Counted from the first letter of the stretch, positions 18,316-29,900 are shown. The stretch is 59,509 bases of DNA from a virus (IMGVR_UViG_3300030433_000856:1-59509); one strand, 5' to 3'. Notes: generated from the letters alone by a model not told the origin. Numbers and translations are program-made.

Positions 18316-18343
18316 AACCCTAACTAATCAGTTAGGGTTTTTT
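18316..18343 (+). terminator. Second terminator hairpin
   Basis: AACCCTAACT-AATC-AGTTAGGGTT-TTTT. Confidence 0.75.
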
Positions 18344-18380
18344 GTTGATATGTCATGAATTTTATGCGATATTAAGTGCT

Positions 18381-18575
18381 ATGAAAATAATTCACTGTGC
18401 ATCTGAAACCACTTATCGTAATAAAAAAACAAATACTGTATACAAAACTAAAGAAGATGCCGAGCATGATGTCAACAATCCTAACACAGATACAAAGCAA
18501 GAGGATATAGCAGTAGACACAAAAATTATAGTACCACCAGAAGCATTACAACTTAAAAGTGACACAAAAAAATGA
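18381..18575 (+). CDS. Small conserved hypothetical protein (start revised from 18342)
   Basis: MKIIHCASETTYRNKKT...; TTGATA-17-GATATT just upstream. Confidence 0.7.
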   Translation: MKIIHCASETTYRNKKTNTVYKTKEDAEHDVNNPNTDTKQEDIAVDTKIIVPPEALQLKSDTKK

Positions 18576-18889
18576 AAGTAAAATACGATAGGTTTTACTA
18601 TAAACCATTACCAGAAGAGGTGTACATAGACAAAAGTAACATAGAAGGACATGGTATATTTGCATCTTGTGATTTAAAAGCAAAATATGATTTAGGAAGC
18701 ACACACATTAAAGTACCTATGATAGTTGGATATATAAGAACACCTTTAGGTGGGTTTATAAATCATTCTAGTAAGCCAAACTGTTATTTATGTATTACAC
18801 AAGATTGGGATGATTATATAATTTACAATGTAATAACATCTAAAAAAATAAAAAAAAATGAAGAAATAGTATTGGAGTATGGAAGATGA
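18572..18889 (+). CDS. Minimal SET-domain lysine methyltransferase
   Basis: GHGIFA, GFINHSSKPNC, IKKNEEIVLEY SET motifs. Confidence 0.9.
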   Translation: MKVKYDRFYYKPLPEEVYIDKSNIEGHGIFASCDLKAKYDLGSTHIKVPMIVGYIRTPLGGFINHSSKPNCYLCITQDWDDYIIYNVITSKKIKKNEEIVLEYGR

Positions 18890-19815
18890 CACCACAAGGC
18901 GGAACAGAAATTCAACACCGACTTTTAGAACATTATGTAGATGAGGACTTACTAAAACATTTTCAGATATGTACTTCTATACCAGATAAAATTCCATTAG
19001 ATAATAATAAAATAAATATATTGTGGCAAAAAAATAGTTATGACCAACCTAATATAGCACCTTGGTTTAAAGACAAAGCTAATCATAGTAAATACGATTG
19101 GTATATTTTTAATTCACATTGGAACTATGAAAAGTTTCGATACATGTTTGATGTGCCAACAGATAAATGTCACGTTATAAAAAATGGTGTTAATAATTTT
19201 CCAGTGCGAACAGAATTTAAAGAAGGCAATAGAGTGCGTATGTTGTTTCATGTTACACCTTGGAGAGGACTAAATGTTTTATTAGGTGCAATGTCTTTAC
19301 TAAAGGATTGTAATGTTGAAGTAGATGTATTTAGTTCTTGTAAAATTTATGGAGAAGATTTTGCCAATCAAAATGAAAGTGCGTATGAGCCATTGTATGA
19401 ACAAGCTAGAAAGTTAGAGAATGTAAATTATATTGGGTACAAGGAACATTCTTTTATACAAAAATTTATGTATCGCTATCATATGTTTGCATATCCTAGT
19501 ATCTGGGAGGAGACTAGTTGTAACTCAGCATTAGAAGCTATGGCGAGTGGTTTGTATTGTATTGTAACAAATTATGGTGCACTATATGAAACTTGTTCTG
19601 AGTTTCCTATCTATGTTACATACGATAAGAATTATAAAAACTTGTCTCTTGCATTTGCTCATGCGATACGAGAAGCAGTGGACATGATGCACGAACCAGA
19701 GATACATAAACATTTAATTATGCAACAAGAATTTGTTAAACGATTTTACAGTTGGGAAAAGAAAAAGTTAGAATGGACTAATTTTTTACAAGGAGTGTTG
19801 AGTGCAAAAAAATAG
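18886..19815 (+). CDS. Glycosyltransferase, GT-B (GT4-like)
   Basis: GGTE, PWRGL, YPSIWEETSCNSALEAMASG. Confidence 0.9.
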   Translation: MTPQGGTEIQHRLLEHYVDEDLLKHFQICTSIPDKIPLDNNKINILWQKNSYDQPNIAPWFKDKANHSKYDWYIFNSHWNYEKFRYMFDVPTDKCHVIKNGVNNFPVRTEFKEGNRVRMLFHVTPWRGLNVLLGAMSLLKDCNVEVDVFSSCKIYGEDFANQNESAYEPLYEQARKLENVNYIGYKEHSFIQKFMYRYHMFAYPSIWEETSCNSALEAMASGLYCIVTNYGALYETCSEFPIYVTYDKNYKNLSLAFAHAIREAVDMMHEPEIHKHLIMQQEFVKRFYSWEKKKLEWTNFLQGVLSAKK

Positions 19816-20614
19816 CGAAGTTATTGACTTTCAAAAAAAAGATATTCGTTTATTTGTTGCAACACCAGTGCATAGCGATGTAACTATACACTACATGCAA
19901 TCTGTAATTAAATTACAAACTATGTGCCATCAAAAAAATGTATCGTTTACTTTACAATTAATGAAATCAAGTTTAGTAACACAAGGTAGAAATTTATGTG
20001 TAGCACAATTTTTAGATAGTGATTTTACACATTTACTTTTCATAGATAGTGACATTCTTTTTAGTGCTGATTCTATATTTAAAATGATAGAAAAAGATAT
20101 GGATTTACTTAGCATACCTTATCCTATGAAAATAGTGCAATGGGAAAAAATATTTAATAAACATAAAGATTATCCTAATAGGACTATATTAGAAGCTAGT
20201 ACGAGTGGTAATATGTTTCCAGTAAGAATAAAAGATCAAGAACACGATATTAAAGTAGATAATGAAATGATTGAATTATCACATACACCTACTGGATGTT
20301 TAATGTTACAAAGAAGTGTATTAGAGAAAATGATTAAACACTATCCAGAGTTGAATATCCGCCAAGAAACTGTAGTTGACGGAGAGAAGGTGTTAAAACC
20401 TAATCTCTATAATTTTTTTGATACTTACTACGATAAAGAAACTAAGCGATACTATGGTGAGGACTTTGCTTTTTCTAGGCTATGGAATAAAATTGGTGGT
20501 AAGTGTTATGCTCTAATAACAGAATATATTACCCATGTCGGTGAGTTCCAATACACTGGTAGACTTATTGACGAAATGATTCCCCAAAGTATTGATACTT
20601 CGCCTAAGAAATAG
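19802..20614 (+). CDS. Glycosyltransferase, GT-A-like
   Basis: SLVTQGRN, HLLFIDSD, GEDFAF, THVG. Confidence 0.85.
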   Translation: MQKNSEVIDFQKKDIRLFVATPVHSDVTIHYMQSVIKLQTMCHQKNVSFTLQLMKSSLVTQGRNLCVAQFLDSDFTHLLFIDSDILFSADSIFKMIEKDMDLLSIPYPMKIVQWEKIFNKHKDYPNRTILEASTSGNMFPVRIKDQEHDIKVDNEMIELSHTPTGCLMLQRSVLEKMIKHYPELNIRQETVVDGEKVLKPNLYNFFDTYYDKETKRYYGEDFAFSRLWNKIGGKCYALITEYITHVGEFQYTGRLIDEMIPQSIDTSPKK

Positions 20615-20620
20615 TAGAAT
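20592..20620 (+). promoter_or_regulatory. Putative sigma70 promoter for the ejection-protein module
   Basis: TTGATA-17-TAGAAT. Confidence 0.6.
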
Positions 20621-20650
20621 ATACCTAACAAATATATATAGGAGAAATTT

Positions 20651-21445
20651 ATGACACCTTTAATACCTATAGCTGCTGGAGTAGGAAGTTTTCTATTAGC
20701 AAAAGCAAGTGGAGCAAGTAATAGAGATGCGTTAATAGCTGGTGGAATAGGAGCATTAGGTGCTTATGGTTTAGCTGGTGGTACATTCGGAGGTACAGCT
20801 TTAGTTGGTAGTAAAACTGCTGCTGGTGGACTTTTAGGAGTAAAAGCAGCAGGTACAGGTACAGCAATAGCAGGAGGATTAGGAGCAGGAACTTTAGTAA
20901 GTGCAATGAACGCACCAAAACCAGCACCAGTGGATATGTCTGGGCAACAATTTAAAACAGGTTTTGAAGGAACTGACCCACAAGCATACGCAAGAGCTAC
21001 GGAAAATTTACAAGGAATTACACAAACCGCATCTTACGCACCAGACCCCTCGCAACAAGGTACAGTGACACCTAGTGTATATGATTTTGATAATACACAA
21101 ATGTACACAGCGAAAGAAGGTGGGTTAGCTGAGATAAAAAGATTTAAAGAAGGTGGAATAAATTACTTACCTAGCAAAAAAGAACACGATGAGGGCGATG
21201 TTAATAATTATGTAAGAGCTACTGGATATGTAGAAGATGGTAGTGGAACTGGTGACAAAGATACAGATACCATGTTAGCACAATTAGCAGATGGTGAATT
21301 TGTCAGTAGAGCAGATGCGGTATTAGGTGCTGGTATTATGGAAGGAGCAAACCCAGAAGATTTTAAAGAGATGAGAAAAATGGGAGCAAAGTTTTTTTAT
21401 AAGCAACAAGACCAGTTGAAGAGAATATACGATATTACTTCATGA
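20651..21445 (+). CDS. Putative internal/ejection protein
   Basis: G/A-rich hydrophobic N-terminus; AKEGG, FKEGG; AQLADGEFV. Confidence 0.65.
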   Translation: MTPLIPIAAGVGSFLLAKASGASNRDALIAGGIGALGAYGLAGGTFGGTALVGSKTAAGGLLGVKAAGTGTAIAGGLGAGTLVSAMNAPKPAPVDMSGQQFKTGFEGTDPQAYARATENLQGITQTASYAPDPSQQGTVTPSVYDFDNTQMYTAKEGGLAEIKRFKEGGINYLPSKKEHDEGDVNNYVRATGYVEDGSGTGDKDTDTMLAQLADGEFVSRADAVLGAGIMEGANPEDFKEMRKMGAKFFYKQQDQLKRIYDITS

Positions 21446-21855
21446 TTGACATAAAAGCATTAGATGTTGATTCTTGTTGGAGTGATGCATCAGAAGTTTT
21501 AAAAGATGCAATAGATATGAGTAATGGTCGCCACACGTTAGAGACGACCTACGAAGGATGTAAATTAGGTACAATGAGTTTGTACGGAGTTTTTTATGGA
21601 GATGCAATTTTGAGTTATTTTGTAACATCACAAGTAATTTACCCAAACAAAAAAATATTAGGAATTATATTTTGTGGTGGTGATAGAGTAATAAAATTTA
21701 TTAAAGAGATAGAACACTTTTTTAAATTAGAAGCTATCAAAGAAAACTGCAAAGGATTAGAAATTATAGGAAGAAAAGGTTGGGATAGAATAATAAAAAA
21801 TACACCTAATCTTGAGTTCAAAGCTAAAGGAATATTTTATGAAATGGATGCTTAA
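21442..21855 (+). CDS. GNAT-like protein of the podovirus core module
   Basis: FCGG...GRKGWDR pattern; sits among ejection genes. Confidence 0.5.
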   Translation: MIDIKALDVDSCWSDASEVLKDAIDMSNGRHTLETTYEGCKLGTMSLYGVFYGDAILSYFVTSQVIYPNKKILGIIFCGGDRVIKFIKEIEHFFKLEAIKENCKGLEIIGRKGWDRIIKNTPNLEFKAKGIFYEMDA

Positions 21856-22924
21856 ACTTCTACCGAATAAGTTTAAAGTTTGGTTATATAAAAAACTATA
21901 TTGTGATATTGCACAACAAGGAGAATATGAAGATACAGAACTAGCTCATGTCAACCCTTATGAAGTTAAGATATTAAAACAAATAGGTGGTAGTGGAGAA
22001 GTAAATAATAAGACTGGATTACAAGGTTACTTTGGTGGTGGCGGTTCAGCTCCAGCACCTGCTCCATCTGGAGGTTCTGGTAGACAAGAAACTATCTCAA
22101 GAGAAGCTCCAGAAATAGAAGCAAGAAAATTAGCATTATACGATCAAGCTATAGAACTAGCTAGACAACCTATGACTATACCAGAATATCAAGTGGCAGG
22201 TCCTTCACCATTAGAAAGACAAGCCTTTACACAATCTGGGCAGACTGGTATTGGAGCAGTGCCAGTACAAGCTGGTATTGGTAGCACAGTAGCTGCTGGT
22301 CAAACAGCGATGCAAGATATAACACAACAAGGTGGATTGATTGATTCTTTTATGAACCCTTATCAACGATATGTGATTGATGAAATAAATAGACAAAGTG
22401 CTATCAAACAAAACCAACAAGCTGCTCAAGCAATAGAGGCAGGTGCTTTTGGTGGTGGTAGAGAGGGTATACAAAGAGCAGAAGAAGAAAGATTACGATT
22501 AGGATTAATAGGTCAAGCACAAGCGGATGCGTTTAAAGATGCACGAGCCTCGGCTCAAGCTCAACAACAGTTCCAAACACAAGCTCTGTTAAATCAAGCA
22601 AGTGCATTTTCTAATCTAGGACAGACACAACAACAAATGGCTCAGAAAGATATAGCTCAACAGTTATCTGCTGGTCAGTTGCAAAGAGACATAGCACAAA
22701 AAGGTTTAGAAGCTCAAAGAGCTACAGAAGTTGCAAGACAAGCTGAACCATTTCAAAGAGTTGAATTTGCAAAAGGTATTATGACTGCTTTACCAACTAC
22801 AGCATCACAGATTACTGCAACAACAGGACCAGGTGCTAATCCACTAGCACAAGCAGCAGGTGCTGGAATAGGTGCATATGCAGCTTACAATTTATTGAAA
22901 CCAACTGGACAAACACCGACTTAG
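21839..22924 (+). CDS. DNA transfer/pilot (ejection) protein (start revised from 21812)
   Basis: FMNPYQ, GAFGGGR, Q/A-rich coiled coil; SD AAGGA before 21839. Confidence 0.7.
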   Translation: MKWMLKLLPNKFKVWLYKKLYCDIAQQGEYEDTELAHVNPYEVKILKQIGGSGEVNNKTGLQGYFGGGGSAPAPAPSGGSGRQETISREAPEIEARKLALYDQAIELARQPMTIPEYQVAGPSPLERQAFTQSGQTGIGAVPVQAGIGSTVAAGQTAMQDITQQGGLIDSFMNPYQRYVIDEINRQSAIKQNQQAAQAIEAGAFGGGREGIQRAEEERLRLGLIGQAQADAFKDARASAQAQQQFQTQALLNQASAFSNLGQTQQQMAQKDIAQQLSAGQLQRDIAQKGLEAQRATEVARQAEPFQRVEFAKGIMTALPTTASQITATTGPGANPLAQAAGAGIGAYAAYNLLKPTGQTPT

Positions 22925-22931
22925 GATAGAT

Positions 22932-24353
22932 ATGGCAATAGATAACGAAACATCTTTATATACAGCAGATAATGTTTTGGGCACTGTACCGAATGAAGAG
23001 CTACGAAACCAAAACAAAGATACAACTACGGAAACTGTTACACAATCAACAGTTGTTACACCTACAACCACGACTAGTGCACCAGTGTTCAACAGAGACC
23101 AAAGAGTTGCTCTAACTTTATTACCTTTAGCGAGTGCATTGTTACAAGGTAAAACACAAGGTGGTCAATCACAACTATCTGGTTTATTAGCATCAACTGG
23201 TCAAGGACTTGCTGGTTCAGCAAATGCTGCCTTACAAATTGCACAACTAGAAGCACAAAGTGCAAAAACAAAAACCACTACTCCTAAACAATATGTGCTA
23301 CAAGAGGGTTTTGAAGGTAAAGTAGATGTGGGTGGTACACAATATAGTAAAGCAGATAACATAATTTTTAATTTTACTCCAGAACAAATTAATGCTTACC
23401 CTCAAGGTACATTTGTTGAATACACTAAACCTAAAACGGACAAAGCAACTTCTAAAGAAATGTTTGTTGTAAAAGAATTTGAGATTGATGGAGTTAAATA
23501 TGAAAAAGGCACTAGAGAGATACCACAGTCGGTTATAAACAAACAATTATCTATACAACCTAATGTGTTTGGAAAAGCACCTACCGAAGACTCTGACAAA
23601 GCTACTTTTAGAAATTATGTATTCTTAAAAAAGAAAAAAACTTTTAAAAACAAAGAAGGAGAAGAAGAAACTAAAATGGTTAATGACACATCTCAAGCAT
23701 ATGGAGTTTTTGATAGAGATGGTGAATTATTCGTAAGTGTTGGTGGTGAGTTGATTCCTCAATCAAAACTAATTGAAGAAGATAAATTAGGAACTATTTT
23801 TACAAAAAGTCAATTTACTGGATTACAAGATAGACTTGATGTAAAAGCATTTCAAAAGTTACAAGAAAAAGCTAGAGACAATCAATTAAAACTTCGAGCA
23901 TTTAATGATTTATACAGAGCATTACAAGATACAGGAGAGGGATTAACTGGTAGACTAAATCAAATAAGAGCAGGTATTAAATTAAAAACTGGTCAGCAAT
24001 TAAATGATTCTGAAAGAGCTGCATTAGAAAAAGAAGGAGCTTTAAGAAAATTAATTGGACAGTCAAGACTTGATTTGTTCGGTCCTGGTGTTTTAACAGA
24101 ATTTGAACAAGAATTAGCAAAACAAGCATTAGTAGGAAACGATAAATTTATAAATCTTGATGTAGCTAAATCCTTACTGCTCAAAGCAGCTCGTAAAGGT
24201 ATATCAGAATATGAAGCATCTTTGGCAGAGGTACATCAACAAAATGACATAAGAGGACAAGACTATCAATATTTAGACTTTGACTACAGAACTTTACCTT
24301 TGTTTGCTGATGATATTATTGAACAGAAAAAAGATCAAGGAGATAGTTTTTAA
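22932..24353 (+). CDS. Putative ejection protein
   Basis: Position and helical composition. Confidence 0.55.
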   Translation: MAIDNETSLYTADNVLGTVPNEELRNQNKDTTTETVTQSTVVTPTTTTSAPVFNRDQRVALTLLPLASALLQGKTQGGQSQLSGLLASTGQGLAGSANAALQIAQLEAQSAKTKTTTPKQYVLQEGFEGKVDVGGTQYSKADNIIFNFTPEQINAYPQGTFVEYTKPKTDKATSKEMFVVKEFEIDGVKYEKGTREIPQSVINKQLSIQPNVFGKAPTEDSDKATFRNYVFLKKKKTFKNKEGEEETKMVNDTSQAYGVFDRDGELFVSVGGELIPQSKLIEEDKLGTIFTKSQFTGLQDRLDVKAFQKLQEKARDNQLKLRAFNDLYRALQDTGEGLTGRLNQIRAGIKLKTGQQLNDSERAALEKEGALRKLIGQSRLDLFGPGVLTEFEQELAKQALVGNDKFINLDVAKSLLLKAARKGISEYEASLAEVHQQNDIRGQDYQYLDFDYRTLPLFADDIIEQKKDQGDSF

Positions 24354-26701
24354 TGACTTACTTAACTAATCAAAGAACGATAGTGCCAGAAAGTGGCACA
24401 GAGTTTAATGGTAAAAAAATTAAATTAGATACAAGCTCAGGTGCTCCCACTCAAATAAGAATGTTGGTAGGTAATAGAAATGACCCAAAAGAAAGACTAG
24501 AGTTATTAAGAAAATATTATCCTGATGCTATAAGTTTTAATGAAAATGATGCTTTAAAAGAAATAGCTAAAAAAAGAGGCTTTGGAGAAGATAATTTTAT
24601 TTATACTGTAATTGATGATAATGGTAATGAAGTACAAACTTTATATAACAACCAAACTTTAGATATACAAGATGTTTCTTCTTATGGTAGAACTATAGCT
24701 GAAAATATCGGAGGTAGTCTAGGAGCAATTGTTGCAACTGTTGGTGGTCAACTAGGACCTCAAGCTGCTACTCCTGAAGAAATATTCACAGTGCCTATTG
24801 CTATAGGTCTTGGTTCTGAAATGGCAGGTCAAGCATACGACAATGCTATGAATATATTAGTCAATCTATCAGGCAAAGAATTAGTAAGTAGAGGTAAATT
24901 ATCTAAACAAATAGTAGATGCTTTTGCTAATATAGGTATTGAAGCCAGTGGTATTAGGTCTATTGATGCTCTCACAAAAGCCTTAAAAAATGTAGGTCTA
25001 ACTAAGTTTGTTCAACCTTTAGTTGGTATAGGAAAACAATCTAAAGAAAAAGCCAAAACTTTAGCAAAACAAGCAGCATCTTTAGGTTTAAAAATACCTA
25101 CATTAGGATTACTTACTCAAAACCCAACAGTACAATTTTTAGAGAAAGTAATGATACAGTCTCCAGTGGGAGTAAAACAATTTGTTAATAAAATAGAAGA
25201 GTTTAACACAGGTGTTGGTGATGCTGTAAAAACAATAAGTCGTAAATATGGAAAAGGTGTTACTGAAAAAGAGCAAATAGGAAAAATAATATTTAAAGGC
25301 ACAGAGGATTATAAACAAAGGTACACCGATATTGCAAATAAATTATATGGTGAAGTAGACCAATTATTTCCAAACAAAGTAAATCTTAAAAATGTTAAAG
25401 AATTAGCAACTGAATTACAAACTAAGTTAGACGAAGGTAACATACCAGCAGCTATCAAACCAACATTAACGGAAACTTTGAGGTTAATAAAAACAGCGGA
25501 AAAAAACCAAGGACTTAAAATAGGTGTCTTACACTCTAATAGAAGTGATATTTTAAAATTAGCAAGAGAGTATAAAGCATCTGGCACTAAAGATACTTTG
25601 GCAGTTAATACATTAAGAGATTTAGCTGGTGCAATAACTAAAGATATGGATGCAGGTATTGAAGCATTTGGTGGCAAAGAGGCAGTAAAAAAATATAAAG
25701 AAGCAGCTAGGTTTGTAGCTAACAAAAAAGAAGATTTTGTAAATTACTTAGATGATATTTTAGCAAAAGAAAAAGATGCAGATAAAATTTTCAATTTTGC
25801 TTTTGGTTCTGTTAAAGATGGAGGAACTAAAATCAACACTATTTTAAAAAATTTAACTGAGGATGAAAGAGGAGATATAGCCTCTTCTATGATATTGAGA
25901 CTAGGTTTAAAAAACCCAAGTGGTGAAGTGCTAGATGAAAGTTTTAACCCTAGAACTTTTATAACGAATTGGTCTAAAATATCTCCATCAGCTAAAGATG
26001 CTATTTTTGGAAAAGGAGGCAACAGAAAAAACTTAGATGATTTATCTAATGTTTTAAAAAGTTATTTAAAAGGTGAAAGATATACAAATTTTTCTAATAC
26101 TGGAAATAGTGTTATGACTGCTGTTTTAATGACACCTGTTTTGACTGGTAGTGTGATGGCTTTGGGAGCAAAGGGAGTTGCTTCTGGTGCATTAATGACT
26201 GCTCCTTATTTGGCTAGTAAATTATTTACTAGTGAAAGTTTTATGAAAGCTATAATTGAAGGAGCACCCAAAGTTTATACGAAACCTAGTTCATTAGGCA
26301 CATGGGCAGGAAGATTACTAGATGATGCAAGAAAAGAAGCAGAAAGAAAAAATGATACAACTATAGTGGATGCAGTGGAATTTTACTTACATGATTTGTT
26401 ATCAAGTGACCCAGTAGAGGCAGAGGATGTATCTGAAGTTGACACAAATATACCAGTAGCTATGGCTCAAGCAGATGTACCAAAAGAAACACCACAACAA
26501 ACAATAGGAAACATACAACCTTCACGACCCAAAATTAATATTCAACCACCTACTAGAACAACGGAACAACCAGTACAGACTGCTTCCCTACCTATCACTC
26601 CTAATACGAAAGGTATTGCGTCTCTCAATAAAGGGGAGCAGTTTGGGGGTTTATTTCCGCAAGATAATCTAGGTCAGTTAATCGCTAACAGGAAAGCCTA
26701 A
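24353..26701 (+). CDS. Large putative ejection/DNA transfer protein
   Basis: 782 aa, helical, hydrophobic segments, NFSNTG motif. Confidence 0.65.
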   Translation: MTYLTNQRTIVPESGTEFNGKKIKLDTSSGAPTQIRMLVGNRNDPKERLELLRKYYPDAISFNENDALKEIAKKRGFGEDNFIYTVIDDNGNEVQTLYNNQTLDIQDVSSYGRTIAENIGGSLGAIVATVGGQLGPQAATPEEIFTVPIAIGLGSEMAGQAYDNAMNILVNLSGKELVSRGKLSKQIVDAFANIGIEASGIRSIDALTKALKNVGLTKFVQPLVGIGKQSKEKAKTLAKQAASLGLKIPTLGLLTQNPTVQFLEKVMIQSPVGVKQFVNKIEEFNTGVGDAVKTISRKYGKGVTEKEQIGKIIFKGTEDYKQRYTDIANKLYGEVDQLFPNKVNLKNVKELATELQTKLDEGNIPAAIKPTLTETLRLIKTAEKNQGLKIGVLHSNRSDILKLAREYKASGTKDTLAVNTLRDLAGAITKDMDAGIEAFGGKEAVKKYKEAARFVANKKEDFVNYLDDILAKEKDADKIFNFAFGSVKDGGTKINTILKNLTEDERGDIASSMILRLGLKNPSGEVLDESFNPRTFITNWSKISPSAKDAIFGKGGNRKNLDDLSNVLKSYLKGERYTNFSNTGNSVMTAVLMTPVLTGSVMALGAKGVASGALMTAPYLASKLFTSESFMKAIIEGAPKVYTKPSSLGTWAGRLLDDARKEAERKNDTTIVDAVEFYLHDLLSSDPVEAEDVSEVDTNIPVAMAQADVPKETPQQTIGNIQPSRPKINIQPPTRTTEQPVQTASLPITPNTKGIASLNKGEQFGGLFPQDNLGQLIANRKA

Positions 26702-26702
26702 A

Positions 26703-26933
26703 ATGGATAATATGATGTTATGGAACATCTTGCTAACACTGTTAGCCACTGGATTTGGTTGGGCATTTAATAAAATGTTTCAAGAAATAAAACGATTACA
26801 AATACTTCTTAATAAAACTAGAGAAGAGTATCTTCCTAAAAAAGATTTTAATTCTGATTTTAAAGAAGTCTTAAATTATCTTCGTAGGCTAGAAGATAAA
26901 CTAGATAGGCACATGGAGAATAATCGTGGATGA
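26703..26933 (+). CDS. Single-TM coiled-coil protein (possible lysis accessory)
   Basis: N-terminal TM; ILLNKTREE. Confidence 0.65.
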   Translation: MDNMMLWNILLTLLATGFGWAFNKMFQEIKRLQILLNKTREEYLPKKDFNSDFKEVLNYLRRLEDKLDRHMENNRG

Positions 26934-29900
26934 AGAACAAGGTATTACTGCCCTAGGACCAGAGGATTTAGGTACTGTAGAGGTTACTTCAAATGTTGAA
27001 GAGACAGAACAAAAAGAATCTGCGTTTTCACAATTTACAGATGAAGCTAAAGCAAGTAGAGGTATTGAAGATTTTAAAAATTTAAAAAAAGGTTTTAAAA
27101 AGGCTTTGCCATATATAGGACAGTTAGGTTTAGATCTAGTACCTGGCTCTGGTATAACAGAAATATTTGGTAAGCAACCAGACATAGTTGAAGGTGGTCA
27201 GAGACCATCATTTGCAGGTCAAGTTGAAAGAACTACAGAATTAGCTAAAGAGGGTAAAACTACTGAAGCAGTGGTTAGTGGTGTTGACACAGCACTAACA
27301 GGAGTAGCAGGAGTTGGTGAGGGTATTATGGTCGCTGGAGCTATGACAGGTCCTCTTGCTCCGTTACTTGTTGGTGCAGGTTTTGCAATCAAAGGATTAG
27401 CAAAGGGTGGTAAATTAATTTTACAATCTACAAAAACTGGTAAAAAAATATTAGCTAATTATGATGGTAATGAAAAAATAGGTTTTTCTATTAAAGATGT
27501 AGAAGTGCCAAAAGATGTTGAGTCAGACCCAGACATACAAACTTTAGAAGATACTATAGATATACCTACAACAAAGACAGAGGACACCGATACAGAAGTT
27601 GCTATACCTGAAAACATAAAAGACTTAAATAGCACAGAAGCGATTACCTCTTATGTTATAGCACCAGAGGATGTAAATAGAAATCAATTAATTGCAAAGA
27701 TTGAAAACGACCCAGAAGTAAAAACTAAGACAGATAAATATTTAGAGGAAAAAGGTTTTACGGAAGAAACTGTTCCAGTATTTAGATTAATCACTCCTAA
27801 TAAAAAAGGTGCAGAAATAGGAGAAGAAAGTTTGATATCTGGTTCATTAACACCAGAATCTAACATAGCCACTATGAGATATTTTCAAGGAAGAGGTGGA
27901 GGTCAAAAACAATTAGTTCGTTATGATGTGCCTAAAAGTAAAATAAAATTAGCTATGGGTGGTGTTAAAAATGACATCAAACAAAGCTCAAATAAAATTA
28001 TAAAAGAAAAAGGTATTGGTCAAACAGAACCTAAAAGGACTATAGCTGATTTGAGAGCAGAAGCTATGGGTGGTGGTAGATTGAGTAGTAAAGTTACTAA
28101 CCCAAGCAAAACAGCAAAAGAATTAATCGATATGCAAGATGAAGTAATTGCTGATGTTACTGGTTTAGAAAAAAATGTTTATGAAGGCAATCCGAATGAA
28201 ATATTTGCAAATCCTGAGTTAGAAAATATTACAAAAGGTAAGTATAAAAACTACAAAGAAATGCAATCTGATATGCCTGATAATAGAGACTATACCACAA
28301 GTAAAGATCTTAATGATTTGTTTAGTAAAAAAGTTACAGCAGAAGAGTTTAGAAAAAGAAAAGATGACAGAGCAAAAGAGGCTTTTGACAAAGTAACAAA
28401 CTTTTACAAGTTAAGTGCACCTAAACAAGATGAAGGTATCAAGGCTCTAGGACCTAAGACGATAGAAGATATAATCAAACCTAAAGGTGAAATAAGAAAC
28501 CAAGGAGGTTTTAAATTTAATCCAGAAGTAACACAAAAGAACTTACGACTCCAAAAGACAAGACTAAAAAAATTGAAAGAAGGGGTGCAAACAGCAGGAG
28601 AACCAAAAAACAAAAGAATAGTTTTAAAATCAGATAATCCAGACAATCCAGATTTTGCTATTGGTAAAATTAATTTTGACGATTGGACTAAAAGAGTAGA
28701 AAAAGTTTTATCAGATGATGAAATAAAAGGAGCAACTAATTGGTATAGTGAAGTTTATGATTATTTTAAATCAGCTCCATATATTAAAAGTGAAGAAGAA
28801 GCAAAAACTTTAGCTCAAGCATGGTTTGCTGGTGCACAAAGAAAGTCTCCACAAAAAGCATTAGCTAATGTTCTGTCAATAAGAAGTTTATTAAGACAAG
28901 GTAAAACTCCAGAAGAAATATTGGCAATGGACAAGATAGAAGAAGGTGGATTAGAGGGTGCTACTAAAGCCATACTATCTGTGCTTACTGGAAGAGAAGC
29001 ATCTGGTGTAGGTTTTAAGATAGCAGATTTTAGAGATAACTTAGATAATAAAAATGTAAGGTCTGTTATGGGTAATGACCCAGAGGGTGGACAACCTTTT
29101 ACAGTTGATGTTCACACAGCAAGAGATATGGGTTTAGTTGACCCATCTTTGTTAAGTTTATTGAAAGACAAGGGATATAAAATACCAGATAATATTATAA
29201 ATGATTTTGGTGAAGGTGGATTATCAAATGACTTGTATCAAAATAGAGCAATATTTGGTCTTGAGTTGACAGACCATTTAAATAAAATTAAATGGAAAGG
29301 TAAAGACGATTGGCAACCCTCTGAAATACAAGCGATAGGGTGGACTACTTTGACTAATCTTTATGGAGGTGTAAATACTGCTGGTAATATTAAAGATGCT
29401 TTAAATTTAAATGTGCGTAGAGTCTCAATGGAAGTAGCACCTGGTTCTGGCTCACCTTGGGATAGAATGTTTGGAAAAGATTACTCTGAATTACCTATAA
29501 GTGACCAAATAAAAATTAACGATGAAATTACTAATGAAGCAATAAACGACATAGCAAAAAGTGAAAATGTAGATTTATATAATAATGTATTTGGCACTGG
29601 TGGTTGGCAGACTTATGTTAACCCTAGCACAGTTCAAGAAATTTTAGGTATTAAAAGTGAAGCAATAAGAATTGGAGCTAAATTAGGATATGTGTTAAAC
29701 CAAACAGAAATTTTTATTAATGGCTCTAAAGCAATGACTAAAAATCCTCAAGCATATTCTTATGATATTATTGAAAACAATACATCAAATTTAAGAGACT
29801 CTAAATATGTAAATGATTTATTCACAAAAATATATGAAAAAACAAATGGTGTTATAGTTGGTTTTCAACCAATAGAAACTATAGATAATAAAGTGGGTAT

